This document shows positions 25,227-39,170 of a DNA stretch of 64,000 bases, one piece after another. A program made the translations under genes and the position numbers. The notes beneath the pieces were generated by a model. It ran no database searches. It saw only the letters and a program-made list of their open reading frames with translations, and was not told where the DNA came from. This DNA comes from Octopus vulgaris (lineage: Eukaryota): assembly GCA_951406725.2 (NCBI GenBank), contig OX597831.1:36146001-36210000 (forward strand), in the 5' to 3' direction. Numbering within the stretch: position 1 is the stretch's first letter; each line of letters begins with the position of its first letter.

Positions 25227-26040
25227 ATGCAGGAATACCTATATCAATCTAATTTTCATGCTTCTTTTATTCTTAATTCCTATTTGCATTTTTCTATCAG
25301 GTCATATTAAAAAAAATCGAAGCAAAAAATTTTTCACAACAGAATATAGAAATCAATGTTATTTGATGCTTCGCAGATTATCAATATATTATTAGTATTA
25401 TCATTGTTATAATTATCATTATCATGTTTTACATTAGGATTTGTTATGGGATCAAACCAGATATAAACAAATACCATGCTAAAGTTTCATAACTGAACTC
25501 AAGATCTCGGCGAAAATATTCAGGTTGTTCTTCGTCGTTTTTGCCAAAAGTTTCTCAATAAGTAACCAAGACGCGAAGTGGTTTGGAAACTTCCGTCCAA
25601 CCAATTGTTTCATAACCTGGTGCTCTATCCAATGTAATTTACAAGCGTTTGAATGTTCAACGTGCTGCCCTTTGTGTAGTATATCAATCTGCCAGAAATA
25701 ACTGATAAATCTCCCTCAAATTTCATCATTGCGATTAAGATAATTCACGATAGATTATATAGTCCTGAGTGTTATCATTCTGAGAAAATGAAAGGATGGT
25801 ATGGGCTGGAATTCTTCTGATCATAGGTCTGCTTGGTTAGATATGTCCTGGGGTTAAATAACAAACCAACAAATGACGAGAGAAATAGGAGTGAGATTGC
25901 AAAGCCAATGTGCTTTCGCTTTCCAAAAAAGAACTGTAAAAACGCTTTTAGTTCTTAGCGTATTACGTTCCTAGGAAACCATTTCTGCTCTGTATTAAAG
26001 TACATACGACGCCAACCATCTCTGTTCATACACGCACGCA

Positions 26041-26124
<84 letters not shown>

Positions 26125-26362
26125 TGTGTATATGTATATTTACAGATACGTGTTATGTGCACATATATATGTCCACATATATAACATATATATATATATA
26201 TATATTATACATATAATATACCTAATATATATAATATACACACATTTTATATATATATATTATATATGTATATATATATTATATATATATTATATATATC
26301 ATATATATATATATATATATATACACATACATATATATATATATACATACAGAGAGCGAGCG

Positions 26363-26402
<40 letters not shown>

Positions 26403-27208
26403 GGAGAGAGAGCGATACATTATCTGATAGAAGGTTAAATAAGGCAACATTAAGGTCCCCGATTAAGTTTTATTGCATTTAAACGAGGACCAACTAAACG
26501 ATCGTGGTCGTAATAATTTAACCTTTTATAGGCGGGAGGTATCTGCATTCATATGTCTCTGGGGGCCGCACAGAATGTGATGAGGTATAAAAAGATGCGA
26601 GCGAACTATTATACAGCAACACCGCTTTTATGGATCTCTTTGAAGAATTAATAGTATACGATCTCCAAGCTTCTATTTTGGATGATGTTTCAATTAGTTT
26701 AATTTGTTCAATTGAGCCTGGAATAAGTTTTGCAGGAAATAAATGTATTCTCATTGCTAAAGTAACCCATTAAATCTTTCTCTTAAAGTAGCATAAATTA
26801 CTCTTCCAACGTGCTTCACCAAACCGCAAACATAATAGCCATCCTGAAGACATTTATTATAAATATTACACAATATTACTTAATAATCCTATAAGTAGCA
26901 ACCATAAACACATTATATGTAATTTAAACAAATAAAATATTGTAAATATATATTATGACAATTTAAAATCCGGGAATTATATATACACGCTCGGAATTAC
27001 AAAATATTATTTAATATAATTTTGTTATAAATTGAGGCAGACCTGTGTAATTTGAGAAATTTTTATTTCTTCGACATTTATGTTTGTTACTTCGGGTATT
27101 AAAGCAATTAGCTTGACACACGCTACAAACCATATACACTGTCATAAAAAGAAAAAAAAATGCTGAACTTGAAGAGATGCAGATGTGCATATTTATGTAA
27201 AAATCATG

Positions 27209-27267
<59 letters not shown>

Positions 27268-27274
27268 GTCTTTG

Positions 27275-27307
<33 letters not shown>

Positions 27308-27322
27308 GCCTGCCTGCCTGCC

Positions 27323-27356
<34 letters not shown>

Positions 27357-27388
27357 GCTAGATATTCATGTATCTCTCTTTCCCTATA

Positions 27389-27428
<40 letters not shown>

Positions 27429-27593
27429 AATTTATCTATATATCTATCTATCTAGCTAGATAGATAGATATTAATGTATCTCTCCCTCTCCTCTTTCTTT
27501 CCCTATCTATCTGTCTGTCTATTTATCTATCTATCTATCTATCTGTCTATCTATCTATCTGTCTGTCTATTTATCTATCTATCTATCTATCTG

Positions 27594-27625
<32 letters not shown>

Positions 27626-30330
27626 ACGACATGGACGAACGCTAGTCAAATGGGCTCCACGTAAGTTGGCCACTTTTACATGTTTAAAACTCCTTGTTGT
27701 CAAATATTTAATTTTAATCGTTGTGCAAGTTCATTCACTAAAAAACCTGAGAATTATTCACGTAGAATTCCGCCCCTGTATGGGCGAAATTACCAAAAAC
27801 TTTCAAAACGTTCGTGGGTTCCTTTAAGCCATTTTTCACTTTGAAAATGGCAACTAGAAACCACATGGCTAGCCCGCCAGTCATCCGGAACGGTAGCGAA
27901 ACACTACTGCTACCACTAGCTGCTAAACCTCGCACCTTGAACACCGCTGTCATCACCACCACCACCAACAAAACTAACGTCGCAAGACCATTCACCATCG
28001 CCGCGACCAAAGACATTAATTTAAATTTCCCCCACTCCCTACACCACTTGTCGATGATAAAAGGACGGGGAAAGGGATTTCAAAAACGAAAACTGACGAA
28101 AACATGAATGCCAGCACCACCACCATCACTACCAACACCAAAAACAACGAAATCAGCACAAAACCGCCTACCAAAGACAACACCGCCTACACCAACACCA
28201 CTACCACGACTTCAGCTGCTACAACTAACCCTACTGCTGCTAACACCGCCAAAATTAAAACGAATTTCGCAGATGCGACAAGACAAAAACGAACAATCGT
28301 AAAATTCACCACACTGGAAATAAACCTCACAAAAGCACTCTTCACCAAAGAAGGAGATAAATTGCATCTTCACATTCCACAACACATCGTGGAAAACACA
28401 CACAAAAAAACAATAATCTACAAAGTCATCAACAAGAAAACAAAACGACCAGAAAATGCACCGCAGGAAAAAATTGAAAAATGCCTTCGTCCTGCATGGG
28501 ACTCTAAAGAGTATATCAGTTGGGGAAATAAATTTGGTACAGTCCAAGTACGTTTCCTCAACGAAAATTTTGCAAAACGATTCTCCACATTGGAGCTGCA
28601 TTCAGACGACTTGGTAATGATACCAATCTATTTAAACAATCTATCTAAACTGGACCGAGATAACGAGTAGGGTGGTCACTCTCGCCCGGCAATGGGCCGA
28701 GAGGAAACTGTCCCTAAAAGGTCGGGCGGAGGTGGCGAACACGTACATCGCGTCCGTCATCTACTACCTATTTCTTTACTACCCACAAGGGGCTATAAGG
28801 TAAAGTCAAAGGTTCTGGTGAGGATCGAACTCACGACCTTCTGCGTGTGAAGCAGACGTCATCTACTACCGCCTGACCGTTGTGCCTTGTCCCGACCCTA
28901 CCATCACCAAACTAGAGTGCATTCTCTTTCGCTTCTTGTGGAAAGGATGCGTCCCGATGGTCAGGTGATCCATTTGCTGTCAACACCCGTTAAAAGGAGG
29001 ACTGGGCATGCCGTGGTTGATGATGCGCAGACACGCGCTGAGACTGCGACATCTGAGGCTCTTCGTAGACGACGGTGAACAGGTGTGGTCGTCGTTTGTG
29101 AGGCACGCTTTCCCGCAGCTCGTCTCCATGACCGAACTGCAATCGTGGATCAAAAAGAGGCCGAGGAAGGTCGAATGGCACCGCGAGTGTCGCGTTGCTC
29201 TCAAGCAACTCTACCGTCCTGGGTCAACCTTGAGTGACTCCATCACAACCAAAGCATTCTATAGGGGATTAGTGGAGGGGAGGTACGACGACGAGCTCGG
29301 GGCGAACCTGGACGTCGACGAGGAATACCTGACCCGCCTGTTCGGGACGACTTTCGGGCCAGGGCCCATGGACAACTTCCAGAGATCCCTGGCCTGGCAG
29401 TGTTACCGAGAAGCGCTACCCGTTCGGGATAAGCTCTACAGACACGGCTCGAGAAACACGGTGCCGACCTGCCCGAGATGCAGTCAGAGTGACGAAACCG
29501 TTCTGCACGCACTCGTGCAGTGTCCAACAATTTCCGACCTGTGGGCTTATGTCGAACAACTGCTGTCACGTGTGGGACGAGTCGGTTTATCAGCTGAGTC
29601 TATCGTCAATATTGTCACGCCTCCTTCCTTCAAACGGGAAGGAAGAGCTATTTTCATCATCCTTGTGGCTATGGCGAAAGAATGTATCTGGTGGACGCGT
29701 CTGAAATGATTGGAGACAAACACTTTCCTCTCTGGTCAACCTCTCATCAACGTCTTCAAGTACCACTTGAAAAGGAAAGTGAGAGGAGAGAGGCAAGTTT
29801 TGTCTAGTGAATGTTTAAAAAAAAGATGGGTGAATGTAGCAAGGATGGCACGTATGAATGACGAAGCCACCTTGAGCATAATCCTATGAACCCAGAAATT
29901 GAAAATAGAGGGTTACCCACTTGCAAACAAATGTGGTAACATATAACAATATTGACCAAGTTTACCGTGTTCTTTTTCGTAGGCTTTTCTTCCCACGGAT
30001 AAACCTTACTTGCTTTCCCCTTTACACCATACATCATGACACTGTGATACACGATCCCTATTGATCGTTTTTTTCCTCTTCCCCTTTTTGTTCTTTTTTC
30101 TTCTTTTTTCATTTTTCTTTTCTTTTGTTCCTTTTCCTTTTTTTCTTTTTCTCTTTTCTTTTTTTTTGTTCTTTTTTTCCCTTTTACGATCCCTTTTGAT
30201 CGAAAACCTACGCCACCTTTTCCTTTTTTTTGTTTCTTTTGTTTTTTGTTTTTTTCATCCCCCAAAAGAAAAGCTCTACCTTGTAACTTGTCCCATCTGT
30301 GTGCAGCCCTGTGTGGCCAATAAAGAAACT
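27626..30330 (+). mobile_element. Internally deleted Tx1-clade LINE inserted in (TATC)n
   Basis: 5' UTR, then ORF1 N-half (ATG 27847, frameshifted, to about 28630), joined directly to the ORF2 C-terminus (WAERKLSLKGRAEVANTYI..KGGLGMP..CPRCSQSDETVLHALVQC, stop 29889). T-rich 3' UTR ends AATAAAGAAACT. (TATC)n on both sides. No APE or RT. Confidence 0.9.
28769..28856 (-). tRNA. Retroposed 5'-truncated tRNA-Val(CAC) fused to the S1/Tx1-type tail (non-functional)
   Basis: Minus strand: TCTGC TT CAC AC GCAGA AGGTC GTGAG TTCGATC CTCAC CAGAACC, then TTTGACTTTACCTTA, then TAGCCCCTTGTGGGTAGTAAAGAAATA; 14-bp TSD CGTCATCTACTACC (28755-28768 and 28857-28870). Confidence 0.85.
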
Positions 30331-30358
30331 TATCTATCTATCTATCTATCTATCTATG

Positions 30359-30408
<50 letters not shown>

Positions 30409-30837
30409 CACGTGTGTATATATGTATGTATGTACACAAATATGCTACACACACACATACATATCTGCATGTGTGGATGAATGGGTCGATGAATAGATAG
30501 CACGATCATATGAAATGCATTTCTCGATGAGAACCAAATAGATAATGAGAGTATTTGCTTTCAGCTGCATTAACACACGCATGTAAATCTATCTTATCCT
30601 GGTCTACAGTCTCCACATGCTTCAGAGAAAATTTATAGTTCTAAGTGTATTTCAGTAAAAGTTTTCTTTCTACAGCCATGCTATTCTAAAACACACGCAC
30701 GCAAAAAAAAAATTAGCACACTATATACGTGAGTGTATGTAAGTGTGTGTGTGTGTATTTGTGCGTCTGCGCCTGTGTCTATTCCCATAACGATTAACAA
30801 CCAGTGTTGGTTTGTTTACATCCCTGATCCGGTATAA

Positions 30838-31272
30838 GGCGGCGAGCTGGCAGAAACGTTAGCACGCTGGGCGAAAAGCTATGCAGTATTTCGTCTGCCG
30901 CTACGTTCTGAGTTCAATTTCCGCCGAGGTCGACTTTGCCTTTCATCCTTTCGGGGTCGATTAAATAAGTACCAGTTATGCACTGGGGTCGATATAATCG
31001 ACTTAATCCATTTGTCTGTCTTTGTTTGTCCTGTCTTTGTTTGTCCTGTCTTTGTTTGTCCTGTCTGTGTTTAGCCCCTTGTGGGTAGTAAAGAAATAGG
31101 TATAAGTCGATTAGATCGACTCCAGTGCGCAACTGGTACTTAATTTTTCGACCCCGAAAGGTTGAAAGACAAAGTCGACTTCGGTGGAATTTGAACTCGG
31201 GACGTAACGGCAGACGAAATACGGCTACGCATTTCGCCCGGCGTGCTAACGTTTCTGCCAGCTCGCCGCCTT
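30838..31272. mobile_element. Adjacent inverted S1 SINE pair (+ 30838-31098; - 31104-31272)
   Basis: The plus copy has TSD GGTATAAG; a minus copy follows within a few bases. Confidence 0.9.
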
Positions 31273-31952
31273 ACAAAGACAAAACTATCGAACAAAACAG
31301 GTTCACAAACATTGAAAAGCAATATATTAAAAAAAAGAAGAAAAAAGCAAGAAAGATTTCAATCATAGAATATAATTCTAATGACTTGATCTCTGATTGG
31401 GGATTATGCACGTTCATCATCATTAGAAGCTTATTAAGTAAAAACTAATCCACTAAAACTGTCAAGTTGTGGAAGTGGAATGAGTGCATATTTTGTAAGA
31501 GCGTGCTTTTCTTGTCATCGGAGCCTTTTCTACTGTTTAATATAATTTGGACTTCTATTTCTATGCTGTTTATAATTACGTTTACAGTTCGCTACGAAAT
31601 AACGAGTTTTTTCTAGTTTTGTTTCTCGGATTTCTCTTCAACGAAGAAAGTGTCGGTTCCTATTCTAGAAGCAAAACTCTTTTAGTGAAATAAAAAAAAA
31701 AACCCATCAATGGCGTGTTTATGCATGTATATGTGTACACATGTATACACATGTGAAACTAGCTTTTGCAATTTTTTTTCCTGGCTCTCTTTGTTTTCTT
31801 TCTTTCCTCTTCCTTCTCTTCCTACTCTCTCCTGGTCTTTCCAATAGAATCTGACGAAAGACAATGTCTGAAGCGTTGTACATTTGTTCTATAACTGTTT
31901 TCCTTCTCTAAGTTTCGATCCCCGCGTTCAAAATTACAGGCCTTGTGTCTAT

Positions 31953-32510
31953 AAATTATTTACATTATTTACATTTGACGGATATTTGTCCTCATCTTGT
32001 TTGTTGTTAACACAACGTTTCGGCTGATATACCCTCCAGCCTTCATTAGGTGTCTTGCAGAAATTTTGAACCTGGGTTCTCATTCCTAAGGTATTTTTCG
32101 ATGCTATCATCATCATTATTATTGTTATTATTATTATTATCATTATTATTATTATTGTTGTTGTTGTTGTTGTTGTTAATGTTCAGGTCACTTCTTGGAA
32201 TCGAACTCGGAATCTTGGGGGTTAATAGCCCGCGCTCTTAACCACTGCATCATATGCCTGTGGGCATACTAACCCCAAGATTACGAGTTCGATTCCAAGC
32301 AGTGACATGGACACTAATAATAATAATAACATCGAAAAATACCTTAGGAGTGAGAACCCAGTTTCGAAATTTCCGCAAGACACCAGAAGAAGGCTTGGGG
32401 GCTAAATTAGCCAAAATGTTGTATTAACAACAAACAAGATGAGGACGAATATCCGTCAAATGTAAATAATGTAAATAATTTACAGAATTCCTCATCTCTT
32501 AAATATAGAA
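31953..32510. mobile_element. Foldback tRNA-head/(AAT)n/hammerhead element, copy 1 (family E)
   Basis: Inverted arms around ATGCCTGTGGGCAT; hammerhead folds at 32009-32054 (-) and 32379-32425 (+); ~28-nt extension on the right arm only; 11-bp TSD CTTGTGTCTAT (31942-31952 and 32511-32521). Confidence 0.85.
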
Positions 32511-33585
32511 CTTGTGTCTATGTTAGTGAATAAGTTCAAGGTTTTTCAAAGGTTTTCAAACCGTGAACATCAACTTTGTCTCCATACTAATTTTTATCTT
32601 GTCTAATATAACCATTCAATTTCTTTTAAGGATTTGAAAGGGCTTTGGCATCTTCTTACAGCAGATCGCACAATAGCATAGAGGATCCATTGTTGGCACT
32701 TGAAGGTTGTTTGTTTTTTTTTGCCCCACTGTAATATTTGCAGTCTGTTTAATGGGTTGATAAAGGAACGATAAAAAAAAAACGCAGCATGTGAGCGTGC
32801 TCTTCTGTATAAATGCGTAAAAAGAAAGCATTTTGAAAACACCGTGCTTCTGAAACAAATAAATGGATAAACTTGACCATAAACTAAGACATATTGAATA
32901 ATGAGGTCTTAGATACACAATACCTCACTAAGCAAAATAAGAAGGTAATAGCTGGAACGCCTTTAACTGGCACTCTTTTCAATCAGGGCTGAAGGCCAGC
33001 TGATCAACATCAACCATTACTGTTGAATTGTATGAATATATATGATGATACTTAAGGCGTATAATATATTTGGGCCATTCACGAGGTAATTTCATGCATT
33101 TCATTGTATGCATTTTTGTGTGTATATTTGTGTATGTGTATGAGCATTTGTGTTTGTGTGGCGTCGATATACGTTTGGAAATATTTTTAATGCATAAGTA
33201 TTGTGGTTAATATGTGTATATGATTGAATGGAGTGTAAAATGGCCGAATGAATCAGGGTATTAAACTAGTTGCCTACGCCTGTAGTGTTTATATCAACTC
33301 CATGAAAGACATTTAACTCTTCACGCTTTAGCTCAGTCGGGCGTAGAGGAATAACTTTCCATATCTTTAAGAAAGATACTTGTGAGGGATTGGTATTTCT
33401 AAACACACACAGAATCGGTAGATCCATTCAATAAGTGTGCGCGCGCGTGTGTATTCCAGGCTTCTCAGTCGAAAAATGTGCCCCAGCCGAATGCTGGTGC
33501 AACTTCTGTTCCACCCAGCGATCGAATCCTGGATGTTCTACCGAGTAAAAACTATCTTATATATCTAATCTATCTTATCTATCTA

Positions 33586-33702
<117 letters not shown>

Positions 33703-33719
33703 TTTTTATTATTTATTTT

Positions 33720-33885
33720 TCCTTGTTCTTTTCTTCCCTTTTACGATCCCGCTTGATCGAAAACCTACGCCACCCCCCTTTTTTTTGTTTCTTTTGTTTT
33801 TTGTTTTTTTCATCCCCCAAAAGAAAAGCTCTACCTTGTAACTTGTTCCATCTGTGTGCAGCCCTGTGTGGCCAATAAAGAAACT
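33720..33885 (+). mobile_element. 3' end of the same Tx1 family, again in (TATC)n/(TC)n
   Basis: Nearly identical to 30165-30330, with the same junction AATAAAGAAACT|TATCTATC. Confidence 0.9.
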
Positions 33886-33924
33886 TATCTATCTATCTAT
33901 CTTATCTATCTAATCTATATTATA

Positions 33925-34031
<107 letters not shown>

Positions 34032-34164
34032 GCATGTATGTATGCATGTTCAGGGTATGTTTTCCCACACAAATGTACACCCACATTGAATGAATGCCAA
34101 ATCAGTGTCAGTGTTTATTAAAATACATTTCGTTTTCAAAGGCAAAGTCGACCTCGGCGGAATA

Positions 34165-34438
34165 TGAAGCCAGTAGATCTGTAAGTCCTGAGATGGCGGT
34201 GGGGGGGGGGGCGAAGGTCATAAATGATCCTCCACACTGGAGACAAATATTGCGAAAGGGGATGAAGCGAGAGGAAGAGAAACTGGTACTTGTCACGAAG
34301 GAAAAGCGCACTCGAAGAAAGGAAAATTCAGTAGTGCTGACTGCCACTCCCATTTGGGCCTGTACAGCCGCAGCAAACGTTGCACCACTATCAGCAGGTG
34401 ACACAAACGCTTCAGGTCTCTCGAAACCGACGGATGCT
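34165..34438 (+). mobile_element. RTE-clade LINE 3' fragment with C-terminal Zn-finger remnant
   Basis: ND.PHWRQILRKG...EKRTRRKE, then frameshifted DCHSHLGLYSRSKRC, and tail GGTCTCTCGAAACCGACGGATGC. Confidence 0.7.
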
Positions 34439-34683
34439 TCAGTCGTTTGACTGCGGCCATGCTGGGGCGCCGCCTTAAGGGAATTTAGTCGAAGAAGTCG
34501 ACCCCGGGCCTTATTCTTTGTAAGCCTAGTACTTATTCTATCGGTCATTTTTGCCGAACCGTTTGGTTACGGAGAATAAACACACTAACATTGGTTGCCA
34601 AGCATACAGAAGAGATAAACACAGATACACAAATATATTCATACATACATGCATACATACATACATACATATATACATACATG

Positions 34684-34770
<87 letters not shown>

Positions 34771-34783
34771 TTATATATATATA

Positions 34784-35178
34784 TACTAGCAGTATCGCCC
34801 GGCGTTGCTCGGGTTTGTAAGGGAAATAACTATAAAGCATTTTTAGAGAGTTATAGCCATAAAATGCAAAAAATGCATTAAAAATGGAAAAAAAATTATG
34901 GTAAATTTTTTTTAAATCGTTGACTCATCGTAGACATTTTTAGAGAGTTACTTCCCTTATATTAAAAATAATATGCATTAAAATGGAAAAAAATGATGGT
35001 AAATTATTTTAAAAATCGTAGACTGATCGTAGACGCGCGCTAATACTCAGAAGGGCTTGATATGAATCACGACTATAAGATACCTGGTTTTGGTTAAACT
35101 GCACCGCAAAATGTGGGAGTAGTTAGGAATCTAAATCGGAGTAGACAGACACACAACCTTTCTTTTATATATAAAGAT
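34784..35178. mobile_element. Non-autonomous Helitron/Helentron-like element
   Basis: TACTAG..CCCGG-CGTTG-CTCGGG hairpin at one end; GTGGGAGTAGTT...AGACAGACAC...TTTTATATATAAAGAT at the other; internal direct repeats; AT-rich target. Confidence 0.6.
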
Positions 35179-35423
35179 ATATATGTATATTTGGAGAGAA
35201 GATTTTTTCTCAGGGAGTTAAGATTGAGAAAAGAGCCTTCAGAACTGAAAGCGCTTGCACGTCTATGAAGCAAAAGCCACACACATTTTGTGAAATCTCT
35301 TCCCAAACGTAAGTCTTTCGACTTTCTAAAAAGGCTCTTTCCTCAATCTTTGAGAAAAAATCTCTCCAAATATTATAACTGTATCAAGGAATTTCCAAAA
35401 CACTCCGAATATATATATATATG

Positions 35424-35467
<44 letters not shown>

Positions 35468-35544
35468 TCGCAATTTCGGCTGATTACACTTGAGATTGCT
35501 CCAATCTGGCCAGCCCCAAGGAAAAACTAAGCTATGAGCATTAG

Positions 35545-35800
35545 TATATATATATAATACATACTAATACATACACCAACCCTATACATACACACGTCCA
35601 GACCCCTCATACGCACTTATACATACTAATACATACTAATAAGTACACCAACCCCATACATACGCACGTCCAGACCAATCCTACGCACTAATACTCTCTC
35701 ATACACACACACACACACACACTTATACATACTAATACATACTAATACATACACCAACCCTATACATACACACGTCCAGACCCCTCCCACGCACTAATAG
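35545..35800. repeat. Minisatellite, three ~70-100-bp CA-rich units
   Basis: Repeats of ACATACTAATACATACACCAACCCTATACATACACACGTCCAGACC, directly upstream of a family B element. Confidence 0.85.
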
Positions 35801-35884
35801 CTGGTCCTTCAACCCTATTATCAACCCTATTATCTCCCCTTATTTCGCTCTCGCGTCTCATGTTTGATCTTTGACCTCTGGCCG

Positions 35885-36102
35885 AAATCAGATCGCCATG
35901 TTGATTCGTTAGTTACTGCACGCATTTTTTTCTCTCCTTCTTTCTGTGTTTTTTTTCTCTCTGTGTATCTTTCTGTTGAAGAGCGTAGGCTCGAAACGTT
36001 AAAGACTTGTTTTATTTATATTTCCTGAGCGCCATACTAATACAATTGTTCGTTTGTTTTCCACCTGCCTTCGTCTTTTGTCTATTTTCATAAAGCTTCC
36101 CG

Positions 36103-36103
<1 letters not shown>
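35885..36103 (+). mobile_element. Hammerhead-bearing repeat, family B (motif 35968-36005)
   Basis: UCUUU CUGUUGA A GAGC guag GCUC GAAA CG UU AAAGA; ends at (TA)n. Confidence 0.75.
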
Positions 36104-36177
<74 letters not shown>

Positions 36178-37063
36178 TGTATGTATGTATGTATATATTT
36201 ATGTATGTATGTATGTGTGTGTGTGTGTATACGACGGACATCTTTTAGTTTCCGCCTACCAAATTCATTCACAAGATGGCTGCCCAAGTTGCCAGAATGA
36301 CTTAGATCATCAGTCACTTTGACTGAGATTGTCATAAATTTAACAACACCTAATACAACAAGGTACATGCCATAATACTATTGACGAAGGAGCGTTTACT
36401 AACTCGCGCAACCTACTAGAAACAACAGTCAGGTCTGCATCATTTCATATGTATTCTTTATAATAAATATTTAAGAAAGCATTCGAGAATGTTGACCTGA
36501 ACAGGCTGCATTCACACACACACACAAAAGAAGAAGATAGGTGGAACGCCATTGATTAGAGGCCTCTTCGATCATGTCTGACCTGCGGTTAAACTTCAAA
36601 ACCAACAACAACAATGAAGATAAGGCTAATGATGCTAAATTGCAGCCTTCATTAAAACAACTTTTTAATGAAGGCGACAGTTTTAATGAAAACGGCAACA
36701 ATAAAATTTAAACAAGAAAGTGAACGAGGTCCTCCCATCCCCCATACACTTCCTTTTCACACGCTATTAGTCGGTTTTTCTTTCTGACCCTACCCTGCGT
36801 TTTTCACTTATCATATTTTCTACATAATGACGCGACGCTTATGTGAAACATTATCCAAAAATAGCAATTTAACTAGAAGATTGTTCTAATTATTTTAACG
36901 ATACAATTTTCTTTCTCTCTGAAGTACATTTATTTATTTTTACATTATCGTTCTTGAATATAGGACATAGAACATTTTATATAATTATAAATGTGATTGA
37001 AAGAAATTCAGAGGAAGAACTACTCTCAGATAAATGAAAACACATACGGGCACACACACACAA

Positions 37064-37104
<41 letters not shown>

Positions 37105-37493
37105 TACGTATATACACACAAATGTTTATGGAAAATAACTCTTCCTTGATGTATGTCTATGTTACACATTCGCAGACAATACAGCAAACACAAACACATA
37201 CACGCATACACACACACACACGCAACACCAATACACACACACAAATTGTCTGGATATAATCAAGATGGGTGAAATTTTACTCATATATATCTTCAAAAGA
37301 ATACATTTAATTAGCGCTCACTCACACTCTTACACATTGCACAAAAATTGTGTTGAGGTACATATATATATATACCTAAACATGTATGAGTGTATATATT
37401 TGGTGTGCGTGCCTTTATATGCATGTGTACAAATAATATATATATATGTGTGTCTATATTATATAATATGAATATATGATAATTATTTATAAT

Positions 37494-37524
<31 letters not shown>

Positions 37525-37574
37525 GAGTATTGACACCATTAATAAGCAACCTCCTGTAATATACGGACAGACGA

Positions 37575-38233
37575 AGGCGGCTAGCTGGCAGAAACGTTAG
37601 CAAGCAGGGCGAAATGCTTAGCCGTATTTCGTCTGTCTTTACGTTCTGAGTTCAAATTCCGCCGAGGTCGACTTTGCCTTTCATCTTTACGGTGTCGATG
37701 TAATCGACTTAATCCCTTTGTCTGTCCTTGTTTGTCCCCTCTATGTTTAGCCCCTTGTGGGTAATAAAAAATAGGTATTTCGTCTGCCGTTACGTTCTGA
37801 GTTCAAATTCCGCCGAGGTCGACTTTGCCTTTCATCCTTTCGGGGTCGATTAAATAAGTACCAGTTACGCACTGGGGTCGATATAATCGACTTAATCCGT
37901 TTGTCTGTCCTCTCTGTGTTTAGCCCCTTGTGGGTAGTAAAGAAATAGGTATTTGGTCTTCAATTACGTTTTCTGAGTTCAAATTCCGCCGAGGTTGACT
38001 TTGCCTTTCATCCTTTCGGGGTCGATAAATTAAATACCAGTTAATCGACTTAATCCGTTTGTCTGTCCTTGTTTTCCTGTGTTTAGCCCCTTGTGGGTAG
38101 TAAAGAAATAGGTATTTCATCTGTCTTTCATCCTTTCAGGGTCGATAAATTAAGTACCAGTTGCATTCTGGGGTCGATCTAGTCGACTGGCCCCTTCCCA
38201 CAAAATTTCGGGTCTTGTGCCTAGAGTAGAAAA
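37575..38233 (+). mobile_element. S1 SINE multimer (4 units)
   Basis: Units joined at AAATAG|GTATTT; the last unit has the alternative tail. Confidence 0.9.
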
Positions 38234-38609
38234 TAATATGTGAACGAAGTGAATGGCAAACAAAGAGCAGAACTCCAATAATATCAGCTAATACATAAAC
38301 AAAAAATGTAGTGCCAATATAGTTAGGAATAGATCTTATCTTCGAAGCTCACAAACTGGTATTATTTCATTTATCTCCCTTGACAGCTCTTCTCTTTATA
38401 TATTTTAAATGCCTATAGAACGAATATATTTTTGTCTTCTAATTGCCAAGATAATAAATATAGCTTAATCAAAATTTTAAGCTCAATTTATTATATATAC
38501 GAAACTTTAGTGCAGCTGTACTCAATCACCATGGCGACAAGCGTCTCTCACTCGTGTGGTTGGTATTCGTAATCAGTGTTATAGTCTTTCTATTATTTAT
38601 AGAAAGACA

Positions 38610-39170
38610 AAGGCTACGAGCAGGCAGAAACGTTAACACGCCGGGCGAACTGCTTAGCGGTATTTCGTCTTTCGTCTGCCATTACGTTCTGAGTTCAAAT
38701 TCCGCCGAGGTCGACTTTGCCTTTCATTCTTTCGGGGTCGATTAAATAAGTACCAGCTACGCGCTGAGGTCGATATAATCGACTTAATCCGTTTGTCTGT
38801 CCTTGTTTGTTCTCTCTGTGTTTAGCCCCTTGTGGGTGGTAAAGAAATAGGTATTTCGTCTGTTTTTACGGTGTTAGTTCAAATTCCGCCGAGGTCGACT
38901 TTGCCTTTCATCCTTTCGGGGTCGATTAAATAAGTACCAGCTACGCGCTGGGGTCGATATAATCGACTTAATCCGTTTGTCTGTCCTTGTTTGTTCTCTC
39001 TGTGTTTAACCCCTTGTGGGTAGTAAAGAAATAGGTATTTCGTCTGTTTTTACGTTGTTAGTTTAAATTCCGCCGAGGTTGACTTTGCCTTTCATCCTTT
39101 CGAGATCGATAAATTAAGTAACAGTTGCGTACTGTGGTCGATCTAATTGACTGGGCCTTCCCCCAAATTT
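38610..39170 (+). mobile_element. S1 SINE trimer
   Basis: Same junctions as the other S1 arrays. Confidence 0.9.

Noticed and set aside
37575-38233. Regularly repeated units resembling a CRISPR array
   Set aside because: The units are ~150-190-bp SINE bodies with no unique spacers and no cas genes, in a eukaryotic context.
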